This document shows positions 48,046-57,534 of a stretch of DNA of 64,000 nucleotides, in pieces; the stretch's first letter is position 1, and each line of letters opens with the position of its first letter. The notes under the pieces were generated by a model. It made no database searches. It was not told the origin of the DNA and saw nothing but the letters and a program-made list of their open reading frames with translations. A program made the position numbers and the translations under genes. Source of the stretch: Candidatus Bathyarchaeota archaeon (GTDB taxonomy: Archaea; Thermoproteota; Bathyarchaeia; Hecatellales; Hecatellaceae). The stretch covers positions 96,001-160,000 of the forward strand of contig JBQPWD010000001.1 in NCBI GenBank assembly GCA_052246995.1. The letters are read 5' to 3'.

Positions 48046-48987
48046 TTGAAGAATTCTGAACTTGTAGTTATTGGGCATCTTTCAATAGACCGTGTAAAAA
48101 ATAAGTGGGGTGAAAATGTTCAGCCTGGTGGTGCTGCTTTATACACTTCTCTCGGAGCCAAAGTTTTAATGGATGAAGTTAGAGTTATTTCGGTTGTTGG
48201 AAAAGATTATCGTTATCTTGACTTTATATACTCAAATTTTCCAGGTTCAATCATCAAGAAAGTTAACCTTCCATCAACATTTTTTAGGATAAGTTATGAT
48301 GAAAAGTTTAAAGCAAAATATGATGAGGTTAAGCTTGGTGCTGGTGCATTATTAAGGGTTAATGACATACCTTACCACCTCATTAAAAAGGAGAATCTTT
48401 TTCATATAGCTCCATTATCTCCAAGAAAGGCTGAACGTTTTATAGATAAAATTAAGGGTAGGTCTCCAGGTGCATGGGTTTCAATGACAACATCTCCTGA
48501 CTATATTGAAAAATCTAGTAATAGGAAAATTCTTAGAAGAATTATGAGCAAAGTTGACCTTTTTATTGTTAATGACTATGAAGCAATGCTTCTTGCTGAA
48601 ACTGAAAGCTTAATTTCAGCTGTAAGCTCTTTAAAGGCTAAAAGGCTAGCTGTAACTTTAGGTCCCGTTGGAGCGATTTTTGTTGAAAATGGAAAAATTC
48701 AGATGATTCCTGCTCTTAGTGGTTTAACGTTAAATCCTAAAGACACAACTGGTGCTGGAGATACTTGGTGTGGTTGTCTTCTTGCCTCCTACATTAAAAC
48801 TGGCGATTGGACAAAATCTGTTGTTGCAGCATGCCTTATTTCGGCTATTAAATGTTTAGATTGGGGTTTTGAAAAAATTAAGAGGCTTAGATTTAGAAAC
48901 TTGGATGATGTCATTGTTCATGTTTTAAGTCTAAGTCAAAATACAGGCCAGTTAACGTTAGAGGAGTTTTTAAGTAGAGATGTTTAA
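48046..48987 (+). CDS. PfkB/ribokinase-family kinase with C-terminal PIP-like motif
   Basis: GH.SID, PGGA, VG.D, N..E and DTTGAGD; ends in QLTLEEFL. Confidence 0.9.
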   Translation: MKNSELVVIGHLSIDRVKNKWGENVQPGGAALYTSLGAKVLMDEVRVISVVGKDYRYLDFIYSNFPGSIIKKVNLPSTFFRISYDEKFKAKYDEVKLGAGALLRVNDIPYHLIKKENLFHIAPLSPRKAERFIDKIKGRSPGAWVSMTTSPDYIEKSSNRKILRRIMSKVDLFIVNDYEAMLLAETESLISAVSSLKAKRLAVTLGPVGAIFVENGKIQMIPALSGLTLNPKDTTGAGDTWCGCLLASYIKTGDWTKSVVAACLISAIKCLDWGFEKIKRLRFRNLDDVIVHVLSLSQNTGQLTLEEFLSRDV

Positions 48988-49047
48988 CTTTAAAAGCTTT
49001 TCCAATACCCTACAATTTAAAGCTTATGTAACCACGGAGGTAGGTAA

Positions 49048-49323
49048 ATGTTTAACTTAAGAGACGTTTTAAATAGAATACGTTGGAATAAAAAGTTTAA
49101 CCCTGACGATTACGTCATCACATTTATTCATAGAGATGCTAAAAGTAACAGAAAGACAATTCCATATAGGGTTATAACTACCATAGGTAAATCTTGGTTT
49201 ACATATAAAAATAGTGAAACAGATGAGGAAACTTTTATTCCCTACCATAGAATCTTAGAAATAAGAAACGTTAAAACAGGTAAAATTTTATGGAGTAAAG
49301 TCTTAAAGCTAAAAAATAGTTAA
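49048..49323 (+). CDS. DUF504/MJ1316-like RNA-repair-associated protein
   Basis: RDVLNRIRW...F.HR and FIPYHRI.EI...G..LW. Confidence 0.85.
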   Translation: MFNLRDVLNRIRWNKKFNPDDYVITFIHRDAKSNRKTIPYRVITTIGKSWFTYKNSETDEETFIPYHRILEIRNVKTGKILWSKVLKLKNS

Positions 49324-49339
49324 AAAATTGTGAAAATAG

Positions 49340-49561
49340 ACACTTAGCCTTTTCTCTAAGCTATATTACTGGTTTATAGGAAGAATAAAAACCCGCCTTG
49401 AAGATTTAAAGAGAACTATGGACCAATGGGCCAGGACAAGCTCTATAAGCATGTTTCTACATTGGCTAAGGGTTCAACGATCCATCATCGGAGAATCTAA
49501 GTTCCTTCAAGGGAGAAGCTTTTCTAGATTGTTTAGTTTTAATTTTATGCTTGGTTTATAG
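49340..49561 (+). pseudogene. possible gene fragment or 47-aa small ORF
   Basis: 73 open codons (LFSKLYYWFIGRIKTRLEDLKRTMDQWART...) with the first ATG only at 49418. Confidence 0.2.
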
Positions 49562-49712
49562 AAATCAGTTACATGTATCCAAACTCGTTAATGCGCAAGG
49601 TTTTATGTTAAAGTGGGCATCTTATTAACTATTAACAAGGTTGTCTAATCTTACATACTGTTGATATCGGTAAAGCAACTACGCGACATCAAGTTAACGG
49701 TTACGCTTAACA

Positions 49713-50942
49713 TCAACTGAAACTGGAAATGATCCTATCCAAGTTCTTTCTCACAGCGTCTATAAACTCTTCGGTTGTTAGAACTGCTTTTATAGGTCCT
49801 TCGCATACCCTAGCTACATCTTGTGTAGTTATTCCATCTTCTATCGTAAGCTTTGTAGCTTTTTCAAGTATGTTGGCAAATTTGATTAAATCGTTTACTC
49901 CATCAATTTTACCTCTTCTTCTCAGGGCCTTGGACCACGCAAATATTATTGCTGTAGAGTTTGTGGAGGTTTTCTCGCCTTTAAGGTGTCGGTAGTAGTG
50001 CCGTTGGACAGTACCATGTGCTGCCTCGGACATATAGTAACCGCCAGGAGACATAAGCTCAGAGGTCATCATGGCAAGGCTACCTGTAAAGGCTGAAGCA
50101 ACCATGTCGGAAAGAATATCTCCATCATAGTTTTTTGTTGCCCAGACGAAACCCCCTTCAGACCTCATAACCCTAGAGTAGGCATCATCTATCAAGTAGT
50201 ACTCGTACTTTAATTTTCTCACTTCAAACAATTCCTTAAACTCCTCCTCGTAAACCTTGTAAAATATCTCCTTAAACCTAGCATCATAAACTTTTGATAT
50301 TGTTTCCTTAGCGGTAAACCAAACATCCAAGCTGTTAATTAGAGCGTACCTGAAGACCGACCGGGCAAAGGATTCTATTGACCTATCAAGATTATAGTAG
50401 GCTTGTAAAACACCTGAACCTGGAAGCTTAGGTAGCTTTACTTTGAGCTCTCTGCCTGACATAGACTTGAAGGTAACTTCAGCTTCACCTGGCTCGTCAA
50501 ACTTTAATCCTACACCGGAGTATATGTCTCCAAAAGCATGTCGAGCGACGACTATTGGTTTCTTCCAGAACCTAACCGCTGGTGTAATGTTTTTAACCAT
50601 GATTGGGGTTCTGAATATGGTTCCATCAAGTATCTCCCTTATGGTTGCATTTGGGCTTCTCCACTCCTTCTTTAAATTGTATTCCTTAACCCTCTCAGCG
50701 TTTGGTGTAATTGTGGCACACTTAACTCCAACACCCCACTTCTTAATTGCCTCAGCCGCTCTAACAGTGACCTCGTCGTTGGTTTCATCTCTAACCTTTA
50801 AGCCTAGGTCGTAGTACTCTACTTTGAGCTCCACGTAAGGCTTAATAAGTTTCTCCTTAACCCAATGCCACATAACCCTGGCCATTTCGTCCCCGTCTAT
50901 TTCAACTATAGGGTTGAGCATCACAATTTTATCCATACCCAA
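49713..50942 (-). CDS. icd: NADP-dependent isocitrate dehydrogenase, subfamily II
   Basis: DGDEMAR, KCATITP, W.SPN.TIR, KNYDGD and EAAHGTV.RHY. Confidence 0.93.
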   Translation of the reverse strand: MGMDKIVMLNPIVEIDGDEMARVMWHWVKEKLIKPYVELKVEYYDLGLKVRDETNDEVTVRAAEAIKKWGVGVKCATITPNAERVKEYNLKKEWRSPNATIREILDGTIFRTPIMVKNITPAVRFWKKPIVVARHAFGDIYSGVGLKFDEPGEAEVTFKSMSGRELKVKLPKLPGSGVLQAYYNLDRSIESFARSVFRYALINSLDVWFTAKETISKVYDARFKEIFYKVYEEEFKELFEVRKLKYEYYLIDDAYSRVMRSEGGFVWATKNYDGDILSDMVASAFTGSLAMMTSELMSPGGYYMSEAAHGTVQRHYYRHLKGEKTSTNSTAIIFAWSKALRRRGKIDGVNDLIKFANILEKATKLTIEDGITTQDVARVCEGPIKAVLTTEEFIDAVRKNLDRIISSFS

Positions 50943-51108
50943 TACACATCTAGAAGATTGAGTACAACAAGGCTATAAAAGTTGATTATTTTGCTCTGAT
51001 TTTTATCTTTCCTACTCAAAGAAGGGGTTACTTCCTCTAGAGTTTAGCTTATAGTGGAAAAGTGTAAATAATGGATGTAAACGTAAAAAGTGTAAAGGTG
51101 AATGTGAA

Positions 51109-52068
51109 TTGAATAAACCTGTAGACTTTCTTATTGCTATGGCCCTCTCAGCCATATTTACATTGGTGTTAACATTTCTAGTGTTTGAAGTTGCGAGGGT
51201 TATGAATGAATTCTTGTTAAACTTTTTCCCAGATCAAGTGCTGCTTTCGGAATGGGAGAAAACTAAGGAGGTAGTGGAATGTTTAAGACCATATGGCTAT
51301 GCTGCCTTTGGAGCAGTTTTAGGTTTAATAATTTCAGGTTTTCTTGTTAAAAAATGTTATATTTCCACAGTTGGCTCTATATTTCTGTATTTACCAGTTT
51401 TTGGTCATTTTGCTTTTACAATGTTTTTCCTTGCTGGTGTTGGTGTTATGAGGTTTTTATGGCTTCCTATGCTGGATTTATCTCCACTACTTCTACAAAT
51501 GGGTGATGTTGTCTACACACCTTATTTTCTCCTAGTGCTTCTATTTAGGGTTGTGGGTTTGGATGTAGCTGCCCCGTTAAGCCTCATAATCATGAGTGCT
51601 GGAATTCTGGTTTTCATGTCTGGGGCTTCAGCATGGCTTTATGGAAAGTTTAATAGACGTGAAATTGTTGATTTTTGGATTTACAAATATTCAAGACATC
51701 CCCAGTACCTAGGTTTTCTGTTGTGGACCTATGGTTTGCTTACTTTAACAACATCTCTTCCAACTCCTCGAGGCGGCTACTTTCCCAGTCCAAGCCTACC
51801 TTGGCTTGTTTCAGCTTTAATAGTTGTTGCCGTTGCTCTATTTGAAGAGATACAAATGGTTAAAAGTTATGGTGAAAAATATATAAAATATCGGGGTGTC
51901 ACACCATTTATGTTACCACTTCCAAGGCAACTTTCAAAGTTAACGGCAAGATTTGTAAATGTTCTGATAAAAAAGAGTCTACCTGAAAGTGGGAAGGAGG
52001 TTCTTTACATCATCACCATTTTCGGTTTTATCTTTATTTTACTGTCAATCCCATTTTTGCTAATATAA
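51109..52068 (+). CDS. ICMT/PEMT/DUF1295-like integral membrane protein
   Basis: Y.YSRHPQYLG and EE..M...YGE.Y..Y...TP; many TM helices. Confidence 0.78.
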   Translation: MNKPVDFLIAMALSAIFTLVLTFLVFEVARVMNEFLLNFFPDQVLLSEWEKTKEVVECLRPYGYAAFGAVLGLIISGFLVKKCYISTVGSIFLYLPVFGHFAFTMFFLAGVGVMRFLWLPMLDLSPLLLQMGDVVYTPYFLLVLLFRVVGLDVAAPLSLIIMSAGILVFMSGASAWLYGKFNRREIVDFWIYKYSRHPQYLGFLLWTYGLLTLTTSLPTPRGGYFPSPSLPWLVSALIVVAVALFEEIQMVKSYGEKYIKYRGVTPFMLPLPRQLSKLTARFVNVLIKKSLPESGKEVLYIITIFGFIFILLSIPFLLI

Positions 52069-52204
52069 AGGCACAAACATAGTTTTATGTTTAGAACTTC
52101 CTAAAATTTTTGTGGTTTTTGGTTTTTTCCATAATATTTTTAAACTTACATAAAAAAGTTGTCAAATCTATCTTCAATGTTTCAAATAGCTTCTAGCTTT
52201 AATC

Positions 52205-52543
52205 TTAACCTCTCTCAATATGTTCAATAAATTCTTCAGGTGCGTATTGTAGGATCCCTCTAGCTTGGTATGCGAATCCGTTGGCTACAAGAACCTTTAC
52301 AACCCTGTCTACCCAAATTCGTTGCCTTAGAAGTATCTCTAAAGCTTTAGTGTAGTTTCGGTTTAGCTGTCTAACAGCCAACCTCTGTTGCTTACTAGAG
52401 AGGACGTAGTTTTTACATTCAACAAGATACGCTATACTCCCTCTAACAGCCAAAATATCGCATTTATTTTTCCGAAGCCAAACGATGTAACCTCTCCGCC
52501 TAAAGGCCTCGGCAACCCTCTCCTCAAGTTCACTACCACTCAA
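52205..52543 (-). CDS. small PD-(D/E)XK nuclease (Mrr_cat-like)
   Basis: LEERVA..F...GY, DILA, VECK and AVRQL. Confidence 0.75.
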   Translation of the reverse strand: MSGSELEERVAEAFRRRGYIVWLRKNKCDILAVRGSIAYLVECKNYVLSSKQQRLAVRQLNRNYTKALEILLRQRIWVDRVVKVLVANGFAYQARGILQYAPEEFIEHIERG

Positions 52544-52597
52544 CCTATACCACTTCTACAACAATCTTGTCTTTCCATCTTTAAGGTAAAATAAAAC

Positions 52598-52613
52598 GGT
52601 GAAGTTCTTCACC
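52598..52613. repeat. inverted repeat (possible operator or terminator)
   Basis: GGTGAAG-TT-CTTCACC, between the tRNA 3' end and the nuclease gene start. Confidence 0.3.
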
Positions 52614-52709
52614 TTTTCTTCAACACTTCTAGCGTTTCAGTTTAAGGTTAGTTTGTTTCTTGTAAAGCCGTGTAGGAATGTTTAGTTCTCTTTGTAAAAC
52701 TTACAAAGG

Positions 52710-52788
52710 TGGCGGGCCCGGTGGGACTTGAACCCACGACCTCCGGCTCCGCAGGCCAGCGTCCTATTCCTTGCTAGACGACGGGCCC
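52710..52788 (-). tRNA. tRNA-Arg(GCG), intronless, CCA encoded
   Basis: Acceptor GGGCCCG/CGGGCCC, anticodon arm CTGGC-CTGCGGA-GCCGG, T loop GTTCAAGTC, ends GCCA. Confidence 0.97.
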
Positions 52789-52901
52789 TTAATTTAGGTC
52801 TTGTTTAATATTGTTAGTGTGTTTTAAGACTAAATGTTTTTTGTTTATTTCAAAAAATGTTAAATTTAGCTGTGTTACATCTTAGTTGATGGTTTAATCG
52901 T

Positions 52902-54554
52902 GTGGTAGACTTGGCTACAGATGTTCATGAGGATTACTGGCTGTTTAAGATTGTTAGGGAGCTTGAAAATGTTAAAGATGAAAAAATAGTTTTTAGCACT
53001 GCTAAAACTCCAAGCGGTCCTATACATATAGGTGTTGGTAGGGAGCTTGTTTATTGTGCAGTGCTTGAAAAAGCTCTTAGAGAGGAAAGGGGAAGAAAAA
53101 CCGAGTTTCTATTTTTTGTTGATGATTTTGACTCGCTTAAAAGTTTTCCACCAAACACTCCAAAGGAGTTTAGTTCTCATAAAGAGTTTATTGGTAGACC
53201 TATGCACCTCGTTCCCTGTCCATATAATCATTGTGAAAGTTGGGGTAAACACTATGCTGAAGAGTTGATTAACAACTTTCCAGACTTCGGTTTTTATCCG
53301 AAAATTATCTGGTCTCATGAGCTTTACCAAACACCTGAAATGAAAAACATTATAAGGCTAGCTTTAAACAAGGTTGATGAAATCAGAAGCATCATGGTTG
53401 AAGTTGTAGGCCCAACTCTTAATGAAGAACAGTTTAAACGTTTTTGCAAGGATATAGAGAAATGGTATCCCTGTCTTGTTTTATGTGAAAACTGCCTAAA
53501 ACTTAAAACAACGGTTGTAACCGGGTGGTTTCCTTCTACTGACACGTTAACCTATTTTTGTGAGGCATGTGGACATAAAGGTGAGGTTAAAGTTAAAGAT
53601 TGGCCTGTAAAATTAAGGTGGAGAGTTGATTGGCCTGCAAAATGGTCTATTTTTAAGGTTACATGTGAACCTGCAGGTAAAGATCATTGCGTTAAGGGTG
53701 GGGCGTATGATACTGGGGAGCAAATAGCCTTAAAAATTTTTAATTGGAAGGGGCCATACCGTATTCCCTATGAATGGATTTTACTTGGAGAAAAAGCTAT
53801 GAAAACTCATAAAGGTATTGCGTTTACATTTTCAGAGTGGATTTCTGTTGCACCACCTGAGGTTTATCGCTACCTTATTCTTAAAGAAGATCCTAAAAAA
53901 CACATAAACTTCCAGCCTGAAAATATTCAGCAACTAATAGATGAGTTTGAGAAAATTGAGAGGATATATTTTAGTGTTGAAAAAGCTTTAAACCCTACAG
54001 AAGAAAAGATGGCTAAGCATGTCTACCCAATTTCAATGGTTTCAGGTCCACCCAAGAAACTGCCTGTTAGACTTCCATACAGATTTGCCACAATTATAGT
54101 TCAGCTTAAACCTTTACTTGGAGAGGAGAAAATTCTTGACAAGTCTTTATTTGTTGTTAAAAAGTTTTATGGTGAGGTTGATACTAGTGAAGCTGTTAAA
54201 GCCATCAGGGAAAGGTTAAAGATGGCTGAATACTGGGTTAAAAATTACGCTCCTGAATGGTTAAAAATAAACATTACCGAATCCGTAGCATCAGATGTTA
54301 AGAAAAGCTTAAGTGAAAAACAAAAAGAAGCTTTAAAAGTTTTTCTTGAAAAATTTACAAGTAAAGAATGGGACGAGGAAGCCTTACAATTTGAAGTTTT
54401 TGAAATAGGTAAAAAGCTTGGTATAGGTGCAAAAATATTTGAAACTTTCTACCTAATTTTCCTAGGCAAAAAATTTGGTCCTAGACTTGCACCATTTCTC
54501 TTATCGCTTGATAAAAACTTTGTCATTAAACGGATAGTAGAAGCCCTAAGCTAG
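52902..54554 (+). CDS. lysS: lysyl-tRNA synthetase, class I
   Basis: TPSGPIHIG, KLRWRVDWP.KW, EP.GKDH and GPRL. Confidence 0.96.
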   Translation: MVDLATDVHEDYWLFKIVRELENVKDEKIVFSTAKTPSGPIHIGVGRELVYCAVLEKALREERGRKTEFLFFVDDFDSLKSFPPNTPKEFSSHKEFIGRPMHLVPCPYNHCESWGKHYAEELINNFPDFGFYPKIIWSHELYQTPEMKNIIRLALNKVDEIRSIMVEVVGPTLNEEQFKRFCKDIEKWYPCLVLCENCLKLKTTVVTGWFPSTDTLTYFCEACGHKGEVKVKDWPVKLRWRVDWPAKWSIFKVTCEPAGKDHCVKGGAYDTGEQIALKIFNWKGPYRIPYEWILLGEKAMKTHKGIAFTFSEWISVAPPEVYRYLILKEDPKKHINFQPENIQQLIDEFEKIERIYFSVEKALNPTEEKMAKHVYPISMVSGPPKKLPVRLPYRFATIIVQLKPLLGEEKILDKSLFVVKKFYGEVDTSEAVKAIRERLKMAEYWVKNYAPEWLKINITESVASDVKKSLSEKQKEALKVFLEKFTSKEWDEEALQFEVFEIGKKLGIGAKIFETFYLIFLGKKFGPRLAPFLLSLDKNFVIKRIVEALS

Positions 54555-54694
54555 AGTTCTCCGTTTTCTGTACGTCAACATTTTTATGTTATTTTTGTTT
54601 TATATCTACTTAATCAATCCTATTGTTTAGGGTTACTGGATGTTGAAGAATAGAGCATCTTTACCCGAATAATTTTGTTAAGCGGTGGGTTTTC

Positions 54695-55261
54695 ATGAAG
54701 GAAAAAGATGTTAAAAAAGTAAGACTTACAAGAAAAAGTTATCTTGAAATTAACCTTAAGAGTGGTGAATTTTACCTTGTTAGGGATAACTTAAAACGTA
54801 GAGTTTTTATGATGCAACCTGAAACATTTCTAGGCATCATTAAAGGTTTTGAGAAAACTTTTGGTTCGGGATATTCTACTATTACTAAGGTTGGAGCCGA
54901 AAATGCTGGTAGAGAGAGTGCTTACTTAACAACAAAGAACATGAGTTTAGAGGAGAGGCTAAAGTACGTTAAAGCCGTTTTCTCAAGTGTTAGTGGATGG
55001 GGTTTTGGCGTTTATGAACTTGTAAAGTTTGAGCCTGAAAAACCTTATATAAAACTTAGAATACATAACAATGTTTTCGCTTCTAGTGTTAAAGGTAAAG
55101 ATGAAGCTGAAAGTTTTGTAGACCATTACCTGACAGGTTTTCTTCAAGGTTTTTTTTCTGAAATATTTAACAAGAAGCTTAAATGCTACGAAACTTGTTG
55201 CATGGCAAAGGATAAAACGGATTACTGTGAATTTGAACTTTCCCCTGCTGAAGAAGGTTAA
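54695..55261 (+). CDS. V4R domain protein
   Basis: GWG.G, G...G.F and E..C.AK....CEF. Confidence 0.82.
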   Translation: MKEKDVKKVRLTRKSYLEINLKSGEFYLVRDNLKRRVFMMQPETFLGIIKGFEKTFGSGYSTITKVGAENAGRESAYLTTKNMSLEERLKYVKAVFSSVSGWGFGVYELVKFEPEKPYIKLRIHNNVFASSVKGKDEAESFVDHYLTGFLQGFFSEIFNKKLKCYETCCMAKDKTDYCEFELSPAEEG

Positions 55262-55263
55262 AA

Positions 55264-57219
55264 TTACATTTTTTCTGGTGTTTTTATTCCAAGTAGGTTT
55301 AATCCATTTTTAAGCACAATTTCAACAATTTCAACAAGTTTTAATCTGGTATCTCTTAAATACTCGTTTTCAGCTTTTAAAACTGGAAGTTTATCGTAGA
55401 ATAGGTTAAAACTGTCTGCAACATTATTCAAATATTCAGTTATCACTTCAGGTTTAAGGTTATCGGCAGCTTCACAAAAAACTTCTGGAAAACTTGCAAG
55501 CTTAATTGTAAGGTCTTTTTCTAATGGGTTTGTAAGAACTTCTGAAACTATTTTTTCAGGTTTAAAGTTAACCTTTTTAAGAATGTTTAACGCTCTTGTA
55601 TAAGCATACTGGATGTATGGACCTGCATTTGTTTCAAAGTTTAAAACTTTGCTCCATGTAAAATTAAAAGTTTTTGATGCTGAAACACTAAGCATGGCAT
55701 ATTTTACTGCCCCGATACCTACAACTTCTGCTATCTTTTTTTTCTCCTCCTCTGCTAGTTGTTGTGAACGTTGTGATACTTCCCTATAAGCCATACTTAC
55801 AGCTTCATCAATAAGCTCATTAAAGGTAACATACCTCCCCCTTCTTCTTGACATTTTATACTCTGGGAATCTTACAAGCTCATAAGCGTAATGAATTAAA
55901 TTATCTAATGCTTTATCTATCCCTAAAGCAAGTAAGGCAACTTTTAACTGAAGCTGGGCAAGCTTCTGGTCAACACCTATAACGTTTATTACTTTATCAG
56001 CAAATGCAAATTTTCTTAAATGGTATGCAACATCCCTGGTGGTGTAAAGGCTTGTACCATCACTCCTAACTAAAACCAGATTTGGTATTTCAAGTAAGCT
56101 TTCTCCAAAAAGTTTTTCTTTTACTCCTAATTTTTCAGCAACATCTTTAACATTAAAAACCATAGCTCCATTGCTTGTGAATGTAAAGTTCGTATTTCTA
56201 AGCTTTTCAACAACATCTTTAACTTCCCCACTCCAAACTAGGCTGCTTTCCCAATCCCAGCTATCAAAAAATACGTCAACTCTGCTAAGCGTTTTCTTAA
56301 AACTTTTAATACATTCATCCACAACTTTTTTGATAAGTTTTACAGTTTCCTCCTCCTTAAGCTCATAACTTTTCACAATGTCTTCTATAGCCTTATCAGG
56401 GTTGGCATCCTCGTTTACCTTGTCCCAAATCTTGTAGAAGACATCCTTATCAATGTTTTCAAGCTCAGCTGCAATTGAAACATACTCATCAAGTTTTTCC
56501 CTAATTTTTTTCTCTTCAAACTCATCCTTAACAATTTTAAGCTTTTCCTTTAAACTTTTTATCGTGATTACACAATTTACAGCTGCATAGATAAAACCAA
56601 AAAACCTATCTACATCTTCCTTTATCTCCGGTTGGTTAATGGCCTTATAACCGTAAACTGTTGTTGCAACCTGTTTTCCAACATCGTTAATGTAAAAGTG
56701 TACTTTAACATGATGTCCCCTAGCTTTAAGAATTCTTGCTAGGGCGTCTCCGAGAATTGTATTTCTTGCTGTTCCAGCATGTAAAGGTCCGCTTGGGTTT
56801 GCACTTGTATGCTCAACTATAATTTTTTCAGGTTTATGGGTTTTAATTAAACCATAATTTAACCCAACTTTATCTACAACTTCAACAAGCAACTTAAAAA
56901 GTTTTGATGTAGCAATATAAAAGTTTACATACCCATTTAACGGTTCAACTTTTTCAATAAATTTGAAATCTAACCTCCTCATTTCATTAACAACCCTTAC
57001 TGACAAAGCGTTGGGCTCCTCACCAACAACCTTTGAAACTTCAAAACATAGTGAAGATGCAAAGTTTCCAAATTTTGGTGTTGGCGGTACTGTTAAGAAA
57101 TGTTTTGGTAAAATATAATCTGGGAAAAGTTTTTTAATGGATTTTTCAAGCAAAATTCTACATTCATGTTTTACCATACCTATCGGATTTTGACTTAACT
57201 CTTCTACATTCCACATCAT
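55264..57219 (-). CDS. argS: arginyl-tRNA synthetase
   Basis: VEHTSANP.GPLH.G..RN, RSDGTSLY.TRD, KMSRRRG and PYIQYAY.R. Confidence 0.97.
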   Translation of the reverse strand: MMWNVEELSQNPIGMVKHECRILLEKSIKKLFPDYILPKHFLTVPPTPKFGNFASSLCFEVSKVVGEEPNALSVRVVNEMRRLDFKFIEKVEPLNGYVNFYIATSKLFKLLVEVVDKVGLNYGLIKTHKPEKIIVEHTSANPSGPLHAGTARNTILGDALARILKARGHHVKVHFYINDVGKQVATTVYGYKAINQPEIKEDVDRFFGFIYAAVNCVITIKSLKEKLKIVKDEFEEKKIREKLDEYVSIAAELENIDKDVFYKIWDKVNEDANPDKAIEDIVKSYELKEEETVKLIKKVVDECIKSFKKTLSRVDVFFDSWDWESSLVWSGEVKDVVEKLRNTNFTFTSNGAMVFNVKDVAEKLGVKEKLFGESLLEIPNLVLVRSDGTSLYTTRDVAYHLRKFAFADKVINVIGVDQKLAQLQLKVALLALGIDKALDNLIHYAYELVRFPEYKMSRRRGRYVTFNELIDEAVSMAYREVSQRSQQLAEEEKKKIAEVVGIGAVKYAMLSVSASKTFNFTWSKVLNFETNAGPYIQYAYTRALNILKKVNFKPEKIVSEVLTNPLEKDLTIKLASFPEVFCEAADNLKPEVITEYLNNVADSFNLFYDKLPVLKAENEYLRDTRLKLVEIVEIVLKNGLNLLGIKTPEKM

Positions 57220-57534
57220 AAATGTACACCAATTTTTTCATTAAACTGTTTCTTAACTCTTAACCTTAGGTGGAGTTCTTTATCCAGTTTTAAGCAACTA
57301 TTTTATTATCTTCCCGCTTGATAAGCTTAATACTAACTAAATCTGCTTAGCCTAGCTTCATAAACTTAAAGGTCAACTTTCTGTTTGTTTGGGGTGTTTT
57401 TAGCGGATACACGCTGCATAACTTGGATAAATGTTTATATGCTCCATGGGATTATCTTTACTAGACGGCATGACATAATATTTCGTGTTTTGAATTATTT
57501 TAAATTTCGAAATATTTCTACGACGGTGATTGTC

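Noticed and set aside
49490-49520. Second IS605-like end (GAATCT...CCTTCAAGGG)
   Set aside because: Too degenerate, with no adjacent TnpB-like coding remnant
51058-51108. Repeated TGTAAA words
   Set aside because: Irregular spacing in AT-rich DNA; not a convincing array or operator
57385-57534. 50-aa N-terminal extension of the radical SAM ORF
   Set aside because: Family-like sequence begins at the TTG at 57535, which has a GGTGA SD
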